Notes: a model not told the origin generated them from the letters alone. Shown: positions 46,333-56,323, counted from the first letter of the stretch. The stretch: DNA of 58,810 bases from Nitrospirota bacterium (GCA_023382175.1 JAMCQB010000153.1:1713-60522), one strand, 5' to 3'. Numbers and translations are program-made.

Positions 46333-47628
46333 CTAAAACCTCGCATTCAGGAAAAGACTTGTTATTGCCCGTTTATAGTCGAAGACTGCCGTATTCGATT
46401 TGTTCCTCGTATAAAGCTGTCCCACGGTTACGCTGTATCGTTGTGACAAGAGTTTTGTGGCGGAAACAGAAGCGGTATATACATTGTCCTTCCTGTTATC
46501 GCCTGGTAACTGGAATGCGCCTTTGTAATTCTTGTGGTAGTAGTCGCCGTGAAGGTCGAGATATATGCTCCTGGGCAGTGAGAACTGTATCGCAGCAAGA
46601 ACTTTGTCGCCCCTGTAACTCCAGAACTCCTGCCTCGTAGAATCTACGTCATGGGAATAACTAACCCTTGCGAGAACAGAAGGGGGGAGAGATATGTTCT
46701 GCGTTATCGCCACAAGGTTATTTGAGCCGGTTCTCTCTGCGTTGTTGAAGAAGAGATCCGAGTTCATGAAATGGGACTTCTTGTATTTATATTCTATCAC
46801 TGTGGAATATCCGTTCCCTTCAGAAACGATGAGTGCAGGGGAGAGGGAATACGCGGAAGCGAAATTGTTCCCTCCTATGAAGCTATACTCAAAGGCGCCG
46901 ATGCCCCTCAGGCTCAACTGAGGGGAAAGAGCATGGGTTGCCCTGAGATCCAGTAAGTGAGAGGAGACGTTAAAGTCGGTGAGTTTGGCGTGGAGGCTCT
47001 GATAAAGACTATAGGCAACGGAAGCTTCTGCCTGATCCGTCTTCACAAAATCATATCTGCCTTTCAGGTAAAGTACGGCCCTCCAGTCCGATTTTCTCGA
47101 TATTCCCTGGGGGAGGGCGCCTTCAGCTCCGTTGAGGACCACATTGCTGTCATATTGAGTTCCCAGAGAGACATTTAACATCCATGGCTTCGCACCTCCC
47201 TCTAACGCAGCGACCCTCAGGTATTCTTTTGCCATTGCTGAAAGATCAGTGTTCGGGGCAGCGGCAATCGTCCTATTGAAATAATCCGCTGAGGTATTGT
47301 ACGCAGCTTTGTTGAAATAGTAGATACCCAGCTCAAGGGAGGCGCGGGCGTCTCCGGGCTTCATGGCAAGGGCTTTCTTCAGGGTCGTCTCGGCCTCGTT
47401 ATCTCCGGCACGACTCTGGGCTATACCGAGATAAAGGGTTGTCGTGAAGTCCCCCGGGCTGTCTTTCAGTGCAGATTCAAATTCAGTAATGGCCTCACGG
47501 TAATTTTTCGCTTCAATGTCTGACACACCCTTTGCGATATGCTGCTCATACGTTGTTTCAGAAGCGTAGGAAAAAGACGACAGAAGCACAAAAAATGCGG
47601 TCATTATTACGACAGTATAGTTTCTGAT
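46333..47628 (-). CDS. TPR plus outer-membrane beta-barrel protein (Slam/DUF560-like)
   Basis: Signal peptide, TPR helices, YDSNV, alternating beta-strand pattern, terminal Phe (LNARF). RBS AAAGGAGGTG precedes ATC at 47628; the nearest in-frame ATG is 47604. Confidence 0.8.
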   Translation of the reverse strand: MRNYTVVIMTAFFVLLSSFSYASETTYEQHIAKGVSDIEAKNYREAITEFESALKDSPGDFTTTLYLGIAQSRAGDNEAETTLKKALAMKPGDARASLELGIYYFNKAAYNTSADYFNRTIAAAPNTDLSAMAKEYLRVAALEGGAKPWMLNVSLGTQYDSNVVLNGAEGALPQGISRKSDWRAVLYLKGRYDFVKTDQAEASVAYSLYQSLHAKLTDFNVSSHLLDLRATHALSPQLSLRGIGAFEYSFIGGNNFASAYSLSPALIVSEGNGYSTVIEYKYKKSHFMNSDLFFNNAERTGSNNLVAITQNISLPPSVLARVSYSHDVDSTRQEFWSYRGDKVLAAIQFSLPRSIYLDLHGDYYHKNYKGAFQLPGDNRKDNVYTASVSATKLLSQRYSVTVGQLYTRNKSNTAVFDYKRAITSLFLNARF

Positions 47629-47717
47629 GGCACCTCCTTTTTTGAGCTTAATTATAAGGAAATTATATTGTTTGTCAAGGGAAAATTCCCCATAACCCGG
47701 TTGGGGGAGAAACCGGT

Positions 47718-48485
47718 TCATATCCTGATGGTCTCCCCGTCTCTTAACAAGCTCAGGTTTCTGATGCCCAAGTTCTTGAGTTCGGTTCTGATTGTCCTGA
47801 AATACTGAGGTTTCGTATGGGTAATGTATATCTTTTCGGGTAAATGCTTTACCTTTGAGAGTTCTTCCTTTAGTAATCGGCTGGTGAGATGGCCGGTCAT
47901 GAGGGCGGTCTCTTTCATCCTGTTGGGAAAGGAGACCTCTATAATGAGGCAGTGAATCTGCCTGTCTCCAAGCTTTTCCCATGTTGCATCGGTGGGGCCT
48001 GTGTCGCCGGTGTAAAAAAACAGTTTTCCGTCACGGTCTTCAACCAGATATCCCACCGCAGGAACGGAATGGTTGACTTTGTAAGGCGTTACCGTAAAAT
48101 CATTGATCCTCATGGAACAGCCGTCCCGGGCGGCGAGAAACTTCAGCACGCCGTTTCCGGGGCCTGGGATTATGGTGAAGTCAGGCCAGACCTGTCCGTT
48201 GAGGAGATTCTCCCTGATGGTCTTTATCACCTGAGGGATACTTATGATATTCACTTTGCATCCCTTGTTCTTTATGAGGAGGTTGTCCGCGAGGAAGGGG
48301 ATACCCCTGATATGGTCCAGGTGTGCATGGGTGATAAAAATATTTCTTATCTTTTGCTGCCCGCTTCCGTCCAGCACATTGGTCAGGCTCCCCGCATCAA
48401 ACAGGATTTCATCATCAAGGAGGAAGCCGGGGGGATTATGGCCGGGGAATTCTGCGCCTGAACATCCGAGGACCCTGATCTTCAC
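47718..48485 (-). CDS. 3',5'-cyclic-nucleotide phosphodiesterase (class II / metallo-beta-lactamase fold)
   Basis: VLGCSG, DAGS, THAHLDH, VWPDF, VNHSVP, TGDTG, EVSFPN, GHLT, THTKP. Confidence 0.88.
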   Translation of the reverse strand: MKIRVLGCSGAEFPGHNPPGFLLDDEILFDAGSLTNVLDGSGQQKIRNIFITHAHLDHIRGIPFLADNLLIKNKGCKVNIISIPQVIKTIRENLLNGQVWPDFTIIPGPGNGVLKFLAARDGCSMRINDFTVTPYKVNHSVPAVGYLVEDRDGKLFFYTGDTGPTDATWEKLGDRQIHCLIIEVSFPNRMKETALMTGHLTSRLLKEELSKVKHLPEKIYITHTKPQYFRTIRTELKNLGIRNLSLLRDGETIRI

Positions 48486-48488
48486 GAC

Positions 48489-49577
48489 CTAAAAGTTTCC
48501 TTCATGATAGGACTTGATGAACGCATTGACCACATCAGGATCAAACTGGGCACCTGCATACCTCCCCAGCTCTTCCAGAGCAGCCTCAGCGCTCAGTCCT
48601 TTTCTGTATGGTCTGTCCATGGTCATTGCATCAAAGGTGTCTGCCACTGAAATGATCCTGGCGATGACCGGGATCGTATCTCCCTTCAGCCCTTCGGGAT
48701 ACCCTGACCCGTCATACTTTTCATGATGCCACTTCACTCCCGGTATGATATCCTTCAGCTGCCTGATATGGTTCAGTATCTCTGCTCCGTACACGGCGTG
48801 CATCATTATTGCATTATATTCCTCAAAGGTCAACCGTTCATTCTTGAGCAGGATGTTATCCCTGACGCCGATCTTTCCGATATCGTGGAGGATGGCGGAG
48901 AGCCTGAGGTCGATCATGTCCTTCTGTGGCAGCCCCATGGCCTTTCCGATGGCAAGGCTGTAGTTCATCACCCGCTTTGTGTGTCCGCTCGTATAGGGAT
49001 CCCTTTTCTCAATGGTCTCCGCAAGGGCGTGTACAGTTGCATAAAAGGTTTCCCTCAATTCGTCGTAGAGCCGTGCATTCTCGATCGCAACGGCGACCTG
49101 ATTGGAGAGGGCGGTGAGAAGCTCCCTGTCCTCGCTTTCAAACTGCCCGTGCCTTTTGTTGATCGCCTCCAGCACCCCCACAAGTTTGGCCTTTAACTTT
49201 ACCGGGAGACAGATCATGGTGCGTGTCTCGAACTCGCTTTTCCTGTCAGCATCCTTAAAGAACCGCGGGTCGTTCTGCACATCATTGATGATCACCGGTT
49301 CCTGATGTTCCGCCACCCAGCCGGCAATCCCCTGACCTTTCTTAAGACATATGGTCTTTATGGATTCCCCCTTTTCTCCCAGCGCCACATCAAAATAGAG
49401 ATCCCCTGTTTCCCCGTCGAGAAAAAGAAGGCTTCCTGTCTCTGCATCCGCGAGCCGCACCGCTGCCTCTATTGTCCTTTTCCTGATTTCCGTTACGTCC
49501 AGGGATGAATTGATCAGTGCGGACAGCTCTATCAGGGTGTTGATCTGCAGCGTTCTTTCAGGGCTGTTTATGGTCAT
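48489..49577 (-). CDS. GAF plus HD-GYP phosphodiesterase
   Basis: GAF (GQGIAGWV, DPRF, NK); HD-GYP (DPYT.GH..RV, LHDIGKIG, HHEKYDGSGYP, RPYR). ATG at 49577 is preferred. Confidence 0.92.
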   Translation of the reverse strand: MTINSPERTLQINTLIELSALINSSLDVTEIRKRTIEAAVRLADAETGSLLFLDGETGDLYFDVALGEKGESIKTICLKKGQGIAGWVAEHQEPVIINDVQNDPRFFKDADRKSEFETRTMICLPVKLKAKLVGVLEAINKRHGQFESEDRELLTALSNQVAVAIENARLYDELRETFYATVHALAETIEKRDPYTSGHTKRVMNYSLAIGKAMGLPQKDMIDLRLSAILHDIGKIGVRDNILLKNERLTFEEYNAIMMHAVYGAEILNHIRQLKDIIPGVKWHHEKYDGSGYPEGLKGDTIPVIARIISVADTFDAMTMDRPYRKGLSAEAALEELGRYAGAQFDPDVVNAFIKSYHEGNF

Positions 49578-49720
49578 CCTGGTCAAATTGTAGCATAAAT
49601 CTACCGTGACGTAACCGCTGTTTTTTCGCAGCATCACTCTGTCCGCTACCCGTGTTACGTGGATGTGAGAAGAGAAAGAAATAGGTTGATAATGGGAGGA
49701 CTCAGGCACATAATAATGGT

Positions 49721-50899
49721 ATGGATATAAATAATGTAAGGGAGGCGGTTCTCAGTCATCCCCTCGTTTCACGAATAGTAAGTGCAGAGAGAGAGGTCTT
49801 CCTCGTTGGCGGATATCTCAGGGATCTCCTGCGAGGGATAAGGTCCAGGGATATTGATTTTGTGGTGAGGGGTGACCCGGGGAGCATGGTGTCAATGATC
49901 TTTCCGGAAGGGGAGGGAAGCGTCATTGCATTCAGGGAAACCCTCCTTGTGAGGGTGGTTGTTGGCGATACCACCGTGGACTTTTCAGAACTGAAAGGAG
50001 AGATTGAAGACGATCTCTCCCGCCGGGATTTTACCGTGAACGCCATTGCATGGTCTCCGGAAAGAGGGCTCATCGACCCGCTGAAGGGAGTCAGCGATAT
50101 CGAGAAGGGCAGGCTCAGGGGCATCTCGGAGAAGAACTTTATGGATGATCCCCTGCGCCTTCTCAGGGCATACCGCTTTGCAGCTGAACTGGGATGGACC
50201 ATTGATCAGCGAACGAGAAGAATAATTAGGAAGTTAAAGCAATCCATTAAGGTGTCTGCCACTGAAAGGATCACTTTAGAATTATATAAATTGTTAAACT
50301 CGGGGGGTTCTTTCAATGCCCTGAAACAGGCATTGAAAGACGGCCTAATGGAAGAAATTATAGCTATAAATTCCGGTAAGTTAAGAGAAAATATTAAAGC
50401 TCTTTCGAGATTAAATTCGTTCCTTAAGAAGATACCTGAAGAATTGAGGTCCGATCTTGATAACACTTTCTCACAGGGGTTGTCTTTAATCGGCCTTCTC
50501 AGGGCAGAGCAGCTTCTTTATGGATCAGATATCCACAGGAGCAATCTGAGCCTGAGCAGGGCAATAGTGAAGAGACTTGTTGTCACGATGAAGCTTCTGG
50601 ATACGTATAAAAAGAAAGAGGATTTGAATGATTCAGGAATCTTCGACCTGTTTGCCGGGGCAGAGGATGCGGTCATGGATTTTGCCTTGCTCACGAAAAA
50701 AATGAGATTCCTCAAGAAGGTTGAGAGATTTCTGCAGGTTCGCTCTGTGTTGGCTGCAGAGGAGGTCATGAGGGTAACAGGTCTCGAAGCCGGGCCAGAA
50801 CTGGGCCGTGTCTTGCACGACATGAGGAAGCTGCAGTTTCTCGGAAAGATTAAGGATGAGGAAGGTGCAAGAAAGTGGCTGCGTGGCAGGGGTGATTGA
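49721..50899 (+). CDS. Class II tRNA nucleotidyltransferase, probably CC-adding
   Basis: VGGYLRD, DIDFVV, EDDLSRRDFTVNA, DDPLRLLRAYRF, ERI..E. The flexible loop before the DL.RRDFT motif appears absent, and there is no HD domain. Confidence 0.85.
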   Translation: MDINNVREAVLSHPLVSRIVSAEREVFLVGGYLRDLLRGIRSRDIDFVVRGDPGSMVSMIFPEGEGSVIAFRETLLVRVVVGDTTVDFSELKGEIEDDLSRRDFTVNAIAWSPERGLIDPLKGVSDIEKGRLRGISEKNFMDDPLRLLRAYRFAAELGWTIDQRTRRIIRKLKQSIKVSATERITLELYKLLNSGGSFNALKQALKDGLMEEIIAINSGKLRENIKALSRLNSFLKKIPEELRSDLDNTFSQGLSLIGLLRAEQLLYGSDIHRSNLSLSRAIVKRLVVTMKLLDTYKKKEDLNDSGIFDLFAGAEDAVMDFALLTKKMRFLKKVERFLQVRSVLAAEEVMRVTGLEAGPELGRVLHDMRKLQFLGKIKDEEGARKWLRGRGD

Positions 50900-51048
50900 A
50901 ACTGTGCTGTGCCAACTTCTTATTAAACGCTTGCGATATGCTTTTCCAGACTGCGCATTGCATAGGGAAATAAATGAAAGAGGGAGCTAGATACTATATC
51001 AATGCTATCAATAGCCATCAAAGTATTATCATAGTATAATGAAAATCA

Positions 51049-51366
51049 GTGAATAACCAGGAGAGAACAGAACGCAGAAAGCACAAGAGACTTCCTTTTA
51101 GAGAAGACATTCTGGTAGACGGCACGAAATTGTGTACAAGCACGGATATAAGCGAAGGCGGTCTTTTTGTTTCTGCGATTCAATATTTTGAAGAGGGTAA
51201 CGTGGTTGAGGTTACCATTCCTCTCGGTGAAGAGAAGATAACGGTTAAAGCGCAAGTCAAATATTGCCAACCAGGAATTGGTGTGGGGATTGTGTTTATT
51301 GAGCTGAATGATGAGCAAAGAACAAAAATTAGGGAATTAGTTGAGAGCATTGCGAAGTCTGATTAG
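51049..51366 (+). CDS. PilZ-domain protein (c-di-GMP receptor)
   Basis: ERRKHKR (RxxxR) and DISEGG (DxSxxG). Confidence 0.9.
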   Translation: MNNQERTERRKHKRLPFREDILVDGTKLCTSTDISEGGLFVSAIQYFEEGNVVEVTIPLGEEKITVKAQVKYCQPGIGVGIVFIELNDEQRTKIRELVESIAKSD

Positions 51367-51389
51367 CCTTTTCTGAATGTCCTGCCATT

Positions 51390-51419
51390 TTGACAAACTT
51401 CTTTTGGATGATTTAACAT
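51390..51419 (+). promoter_or_regulatory. Sigma70 promoter for tRNA-Ser
   Basis: TTGACA (51390)-18 nt-TAACAT (51414). Confidence 0.55.
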
Positions 51420-51440
51420 AAAAAGCTTTAAAACAGGCGT

Positions 51441-51531
51441 GGAGAGATGACCGAGTGGCCGAAGGTGCACGACTGGAAATCGTGTGTGCGCTAATCCCGC
51501 ACCGTGGGTTCGACTCCCACTCTCTCCGCCA
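51441..51531 (+). tRNA. tRNA-Ser(GGA)
   Basis: GGAGAGA/TCTCTCC acceptor stem, anticodon arm CACGA-CTGGAAA-TCGTG, long variable arm, GGTTCGACTCC T-arm, encoded CCA. Confidence 0.97.
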
Positions 51532-51560
51532 TTTCCTCTCTGAGATTACGAAAGATTATC

Positions 51561-52220
51561 ATGGACGATTTTCAAAAGACTGACGATACACGTTCTTCGT
51601 CTCTGCGCCTGCATTTCCCTGAGGATGAGGGGAAATACCCATGGCTCTCCATGCTCCTTGATGCCTATGCGATCATCGATGAAGGCGTTGCGGTTGCAGT
51701 AAAGGCTGAAGAGGATGAACTCAATGCAAAGCTGGCATGCAGGGAAGGGTGCGACAATTGCTGTCGTTTCCAAGGAGATATCCCCCTCTATCCGTTGGAA
51801 CTTATCGGAATCTCCTGGTTTGCCACGGAAAAGATGACCGGGCTCCGGCGGGCAACTCTCAAAAAACAGCTGGCGGGCCACGGCGAGGGTAACCCCTGTC
51901 CTTTTCTCATAAGCGGGTCCTGTTCTATCCACCTCCTCCGTCCCGTGGCATGCAGGCAGTTCAATGTTTTCTATGAGCCGTGCGACGAAGGGGAAGACCC
52001 GTACTTCACCAGGAGGGATGATGTCCTTACTCCGATGCAGAATTACACGGACCGTGCCTTTTCCGCCATGCTCCCGTTCTACGGCATCCCCGATGATGCC
52101 GACGAAACCCGGGCAGTAAAAAACATCATTCAGACCCAGGCCCTCAACCTTCAGTCCTTCGACTGGAAAAATCTGGTGAAGATAATGGAAGATTTTGATT
52201 CGAGAAATTCTGAATCATGA
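51561..52220 (+). CDS. YkgJ-family (CxxxCxxCC) zinc/iron-chelating protein
   Basis: CREGCDNCC, CPFL..G.CSIH..RP.ACR. ATG at 51561, since the ORF-track start lies inside the tRNA. Confidence 0.88.
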   Translation: MDDFQKTDDTRSSSLRLHFPEDEGKYPWLSMLLDAYAIIDEGVAVAVKAEEDELNAKLACREGCDNCCRFQGDIPLYPLELIGISWFATEKMTGLRRATLKKQLAGHGEGNPCPFLISGSCSIHLLRPVACRQFNVFYEPCDEGEDPYFTRRDDVLTPMQNYTDRAFSAMLPFYGIPDDADETRAVKNIIQTQALNLQSFDWKNLVKIMEDFDSRNSES

Positions 52221-52319
52221 TGCTCTGTCTTGCCGTGTCCTGCGGCATATCTTCAAGCATGAATAAGTGTCAAATCTCCCAATCACTGTGCTACAATAAA
52301 TGACCGACTTTTTGTTTTC

Positions 52320-52434
52320 CTGCAGTCAGGGAGTGGCCCTGCGCAACAGGATGGTGTGAACCCCGCCAGGTCCGGAAGGAAGCAGCGGTAAGCATTTATT
52401 TTGTGTGCCGCAGCAAGTTGTTCCCTGGCTGCAG
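52320..52434 (+). ncRNA. ffs: Signal recognition particle RNA (4.5S)
   Basis: Conserved core CCAGGTCCGGAAGGAAGCAGC, closing stem CTGCAGTCAGGGA/TCCCTGGCTGCAG; upstream of dnaX. Confidence 0.95.
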
Positions 52435-52451
52435 CAAGACAAAAAAGGACC

Positions 52452-54164
52452 ATGAGTTATCTCGTATTAGCAAGAAAATGGAGACCGCAGGGTTTTGAAG
52501 ACCTCATAGGTCAGGAACCCATAAGCCAGATTCTCAGCAATGCCATAGTGCAGGGCAGGATCGCCCACGCCTATCTCTTCTCGGGCCCGAGGGGAGTCGG
52601 AAAGACCTCCACCGCGCGGATACTGGCAAAGGCTTTGAACTGCGAAAAGGGACCGACCTCTGTTCCCTGCGGGGTCTGCGCCTCGTGCAAAGGTATCGCC
52701 GATGGATCATCCGTTGACGTCATGGAAATAGACGGCGCATCAAATAACAGTGTGGATGATATCAGGGACCTCAGAGAAAGGGTGAAATACGCTCCTGCGG
52801 GAGGGCAGTACAAGGTCTATATCATTGATGAGGCCCATATGCTGTCCGGCCCGGCGTTCAACGCCCTCCTTAAGACCCTCGAGGAGCCCCCGCCCCATGT
52901 GGTGTTTGTCCTGGCAACAACCGCCCCGAGAAAAGTGCCTGCCACGGTGCTTTCCCGGTGTCAGCATCTCCCCTTCAGGAAAATACCGTTCCCGAAGATC
53001 AAGGGGAGGCTCAGAAAGATAGTAGATTCAGAAGGGATAGTCATATCGGATCCAGCCATAGAGATGATTGCCAGGGCTTCCGAAGGAGGCATGAGGGATT
53101 CCCTCACCATCCTTGATCAGGTATCGGCCTTTTCTTCCGATATAAAGGAATCGGATGTCAAGGATCTCCTGGGCATTGCCGATTTCGCTGGCCTCTCGGA
53201 GATTGCCGCATCCATTGTCAGAGGTGACAGGAAGCGTATCATTGAGGTGATAGCAGAACTTACCGACAGGGGGACAGACCTCAAGTCCTTTACCAAAGAC
53301 CTCATGCAGTTTTTCAGAGACCTCCTCGTTGCAAAGGTCGTGAAGAGACCGGAAGAGGCGCTGGAGGTGAATGAGCGCGAACTCAGCGTTATGAAAGAAC
53401 TCCTCGGAATGACTTCGGAAGAGCATCTCACGCTCCTGCTTTCCGAGATGATCAAGACGGAGGGCGAAGTGAGGATTGCTTTTTCACCCCGCGTTGCCCT
53501 GGAAGTGGCGCTTGTCAGAGCGAGTTTCCTCAACGTCCTGAAGCCCATACAGGAAGCCATCGAGAACCTGGAGTCCTTTGTTGCGGACAAGAAAGGACAG
53601 TCTGAAAGAACGCGGGACATTTCGGATAAGCCTGCTGTGGTGAAGCCCCTGGTGGAGAAAGCCGTGGTCGAGGAAGCTGTTGTGAAAGAGCCTGTGCGTG
53701 AGGAATCCCAGCCCTCTTCAGAACCTCAGCCCCCTGTCATCCCTGAAGATGCTTCTCCTCCTGACAATGCAGATATTCCTCAGTCCCCCAAGGGAGGAGA
53801 ATTCCGGGACGACCTCATAAAAAAACTGGAAGAGGCAAACCACCTGCTGGCAATAAAACTGTCCGAGGCCGAAATGAATCTGGACGGTGATTCCCTTGTC
53901 ATCACCTTCAGCGGGGGAGCGGCCATTCATGCCGATTCCGTGAAAAAGAATATGGACGCAGTACGATGCGCAGCTGAAGAGATTCTAGGGAAAAAAGTTT
54001 CCATAAAGATTGACACCGCAAAAAAAAAGGTTCATCGAAGGAAAGAGCTGAAGGAAAAGATATTGGCGGAGCCCCTGGTACAGGAAGCCATCGAGTTGTT
54101 TGAAGGCAGGATCGTGGATATAAGACCTATGGACAATACAAAGAACGGAGGGAACAATGTCTAA
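52452..54164 (+). CDS. dnaX: DNA polymerase III subunit gamma/tau
   Basis: [41 protein letters not shown]. Confidence 0.97.
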   Translation: MSYLVLARKWRPQGFEDLIGQEPISQILSNAIVQGRIAHAYLFSGPRGVGKTSTARILAKALNCEKGPTSVPCGVCASCKGIADGSSVDVMEIDGASNNSVDDIRDLRERVKYAPAGGQYKVYIIDEAHMLSGPAFNALLKTLEEPPPHVVFVLATTAPRKVPATVLSRCQHLPFRKIPFPKIKGRLRKIVDSEGIVISDPAIEMIARASEGGMRDSLTILDQVSAFSSDIKESDVKDLLGIADFAGLSEIAASIVRGDRKRIIEVIAELTDRGTDLKSFTKDLMQFFRDLLVAKVVKRPEEALEVNERELSVMKELLGMTSEEHLTLLLSEMIKTEGEVRIAFSPRVALEVALVRASFLNVLKPIQEAIENLESFVADKKGQSERTRDISDKPAVVKPLVEKAVVEEAVVKEPVREESQPSSEPQPPVIPEDASPPDNADIPQSPKGGEFRDDLIKKLEEANHLLAIKLSEAEMNLDGDSLVITFSGGAAIHADSVKKNMDAVRCAAEEILGKKVSIKIDTAKKKVHRRKELKEKILAEPLVQEAIELFEGRIVDIRPMDNTKNGGNNV

Positions 54165-54495
54165 GAAGATGCTGGGCGATATCATGCGCGAGGCGCAGAA
54201 GCTTCAGGCGGAAATGCAGCGGCTGCAGGAAGAGGCAAAGACAAAGACCGTGGAGGCGAGCGCAGGCGGGGGCATGGTCACGGTAGTGGCAAACGGCGGG
54301 GGCGAGATCGTCTCCATAAAGATAGAAAAGGACGTGGTGAACCCCGATGACGTGGAGATGCTCCAGGATCTGATTCTGGCTGCCGCCAATGAGGCGCTGA
54401 AGAGGGCGCAGCAGATGGTGAATCAGGAGATGGCGAAGCTCACGGGGGGATTGCAGATACCCGGCCTTGGCGGAATGGGAAACATTTTCGGATGA
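54157..54495 (+). CDS. ybaB: YbaB/EbfC nucleoid-associated protein
   Basis: AQKLQ..M, AGGGMV.V..NG, D.EMLQDLI.AA.N; between dnaX and recR. Confidence 0.95.
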   Translation: MSKKMLGDIMREAQKLQAEMQRLQEEAKTKTVEASAGGGMVTVVANGGGEIVSIKIEKDVVNPDDVEMLQDLILAAANEALKRAQQMVNQEMAKLTGGLQIPGLGGMGNIFG

Positions 54496-55085
54496 CGCTG
54501 GGCATTATCGAAAATCTTATCAACGAGCTGACGCGGCTTCCCGGCATCGGCAGGAAGACCGCCCAGCGGCTCGCATTCTTTATCCTCACCATGCCCGAAG
54601 ATGAAGCAAAGGCCATTGCGAAAGCAATCAGCGAGGTCAAGGAAAGGGCTCGGTTCTGCAGTCAGTGCTTCAATATCACCGATGCAGAGGTTTGCGAGAT
54701 ATGCAGAGATGAACAGCGGGACAAGAAAAAGATCTGCGTAGTGGAAGAGCCGAGTAATATCCTCGTGATCGAACGGGCCAGGTTTTTCAACGGTCTGTAT
54801 CACGTTCTGCTGGGTTCCCTCTCTCCCATTGACGGGATCACGCCGGAGAAACTCAAGATCGATGAACTGGTTCACAGGGTTCAGGCAAACGGTGTGGATG
54901 AGGTAATCATCGCCACGAACCCCAACACAAAAGGGGAGATCACGGCTCAGTACATCAGGGAGTGCTTTAACGGTCATCCGGTGAAAGTCACCAGGATCGC
55001 ATACGGTCTTCCCATGGGCAGCGATATCGAATTCGCGGATGAGGTAACGCTGAGCAAAGCCCTTGAGGGAAGAAGGCAGATGTAA
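54492..55085 (+). CDS. recR: Recombination mediator RecR
   Basis: [14 protein letters not shown]4 Zn finger, YHVL.G, ATNP...GE.TA, RIAYGLP.G. Confidence 0.97.
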   Translation: MTLGIIENLINELTRLPGIGRKTAQRLAFFILTMPEDEAKAIAKAISEVKERARFCSQCFNITDAEVCEICRDEQRDKKKICVVEEPSNILVIERARFFNGLYHVLLGSLSPIDGITPEKLKIDELVHRVQANGVDEVIIATNPNTKGEITAQYIRECFNGHPVKVTRIAYGLPMGSDIEFADEVTLSKALEGRRQM

Positions 55086-55087
55086 AA

Positions 55088-55157
55088 TAGCGTTTAGCGC
55101 ATAGTGTATAGCGTGTTTTTGTCTGTTCTACACGCTATACCCTGCACGCTACACGCT
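55088..55157. repeat. Intergenic inverted heptamer-repeat element (TAGCGTA / TACACGC)
   Basis: tagcgtt-tagcgca-tagtgta-tagcgtg ... tacacgc-tataccc-tgcacgc-tacacgc. Confidence 0.75.
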
Positions 55158-55198
55158 TGGCGTATTCTGAATACAGTGCCACTTGTAAGGAGTGCTAT

Positions 55199-56323
55199 TT
55201 GAGATTAGCCATCATCGGACTTTCCAATTCAGGCAAGACAACGGTTTTCAATGCCCTTACCGGCCAGAACCTTGAAACCACCATTTATCCAACAGTGAGC
55301 GGTGAACCGAACTTAGGCGTGGTCAAAGTGCCTGATTCCAGAGTTGAGAAGCTTGCCGGAATCTTCAAACCCAAAAAAATCACCCACGCCGCTGTTGAGT
55401 ACGTCGATTATATCGGGCTCACAAAGGGAGACGTTGATCAGAACAGAAAGGTGTTTGACCTGATAAAGGATGCGGATGCCATTGTCCATGTGGTGAGGGC
55501 CTTTGAAGACGATTCTGTTTCCCATCCCCTGAATGAGGTCAATCCCCTCAGGGACATTGAGACCCTTGAACTGGAACTTATCTTCGGCGATCTGGAGTTT
55601 GTGGAAAAGAGACTGGCGAGAATGGAGGAGGGGTCAAGGAGAGGGAAGAAGCCCGATGAAAAGGAAAAGAAGCTCCTCCAGAAATGCAAGGATGCCCTCG
55701 AAAAAGAGATCCCCCTCAGGAATGTCGCCTTTGACGAGGAAGAGGAAAAGGCGATGAAACCCCTCCAATTTATATCCACAAAGCCAGAGGTTGTAGTGCT
55801 CAATATTGGAGAGAGTGATTTGAATGCGGAAAAAGTAAGGAATATTCAAAAAGAAGCAGACAGGTATTTTGAGAGCAGACCCCCCCATCCCCCCCTTGCT
55901 AAGGGGGGGATAATCACGTGTTACGCATCACTTTCTCTCTGCGGAAAGATCGAGATGGAGATTGCACAGTTATCCCCTGAAGAGGCAAAGGCATTCCTTG
56001 ATGACCTGGGAATTCAGGAGCCTGCCCTGAACAAACTTATCCATGTGAGCTATGACCTCCTGGGGCTCATATCCTTTCTCACCGTGGGTGAGGACGAGGT
56101 GAGGGCATGGACGATAACGAAAGGTACCAGCGCCCACAAGGCTGCCGGAAAGATACATTCGGATATCGAACGGGGATTCATCAGGGCAGAGGTGGTGGGC
56201 TACGACGATTTCATTTCTTCCGGCACTATGCATGTCGCACGGGAAAAGGGTCTCCTGAGGCTGGAAGGCAAGACCTACGAGGTGAAAGACGGGGACATCA
56301 TCAACTTCAGGTTCAATGTCTGA
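55199..56323 (+). CDS. ychF: Redox-regulated ATPase YchF
   Basis: GLSNSGKTT.FNALT, V.VPD.R, E.RAWTI..G..A..AAG.IHSD.ERGFIRAE, FRFNV. TTG start after AAGGAG. Confidence 0.93.
   Translation: MRLAIIGLSNSGKTTVFNALTGQNLETTIYPTVSGEPNLGVVKVPDSRVEKLAGIFKPKKITHAAVEYVDYIGLTKGDVDQNRKVFDLIKDADAIVHVVRAFEDDSVSHPLNEVNPLRDIETLELELIFGDLEFVEKRLARMEEGSRRGKKPDEKEKKLLQKCKDALEKEIPLRNVAFDEEEEKAMKPLQFISTKPEVVVLNIGESDLNAEKVRNIQKEADRYFESRPPHPPLAKGGIITCYASLSLCGKIEMEIAQLSPEEAKAFLDDLGIQEPALNKLIHVSYDLLGLISFLTVGEDEVRAWTITKGTSAHKAAGKIHSDIERGFIRAEVVGYDDFISSGTMHVAREKGLLRLEGKTYEVKDGDIINFRFNV
55880..55931. repeat. GC-rich palindrome plus heptamer repeat in frame in ychF (RPPHPPLAKGGIITCYAS)
   Basis: CCCCCCCATCCCCCCCTTGCTAAGGGGGGGA followed by tcacgtg-ttacgca-tcac; the same families as 19467 and 33561. 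Confidence 0.75.

Noticed and set aside
47629-47982. N-terminal extension of the TPR/barrel ORF to 47982
   Set aside because: It overlaps the PDE gene in another frame; the RBS and signal peptide place the start near 47628.
51441-52220. tRNA-Ser as an integration site for a genomic island
   Set aside because: No integrase and no duplicated tRNA 3' end were seen; only one gene separates the tRNA from ffs-dnaX.
52401-52451. dnaX start at 52401
   Set aside because: It lies within the SRP RNA; the conserved [12 protein letters not shown] begins at 52452.
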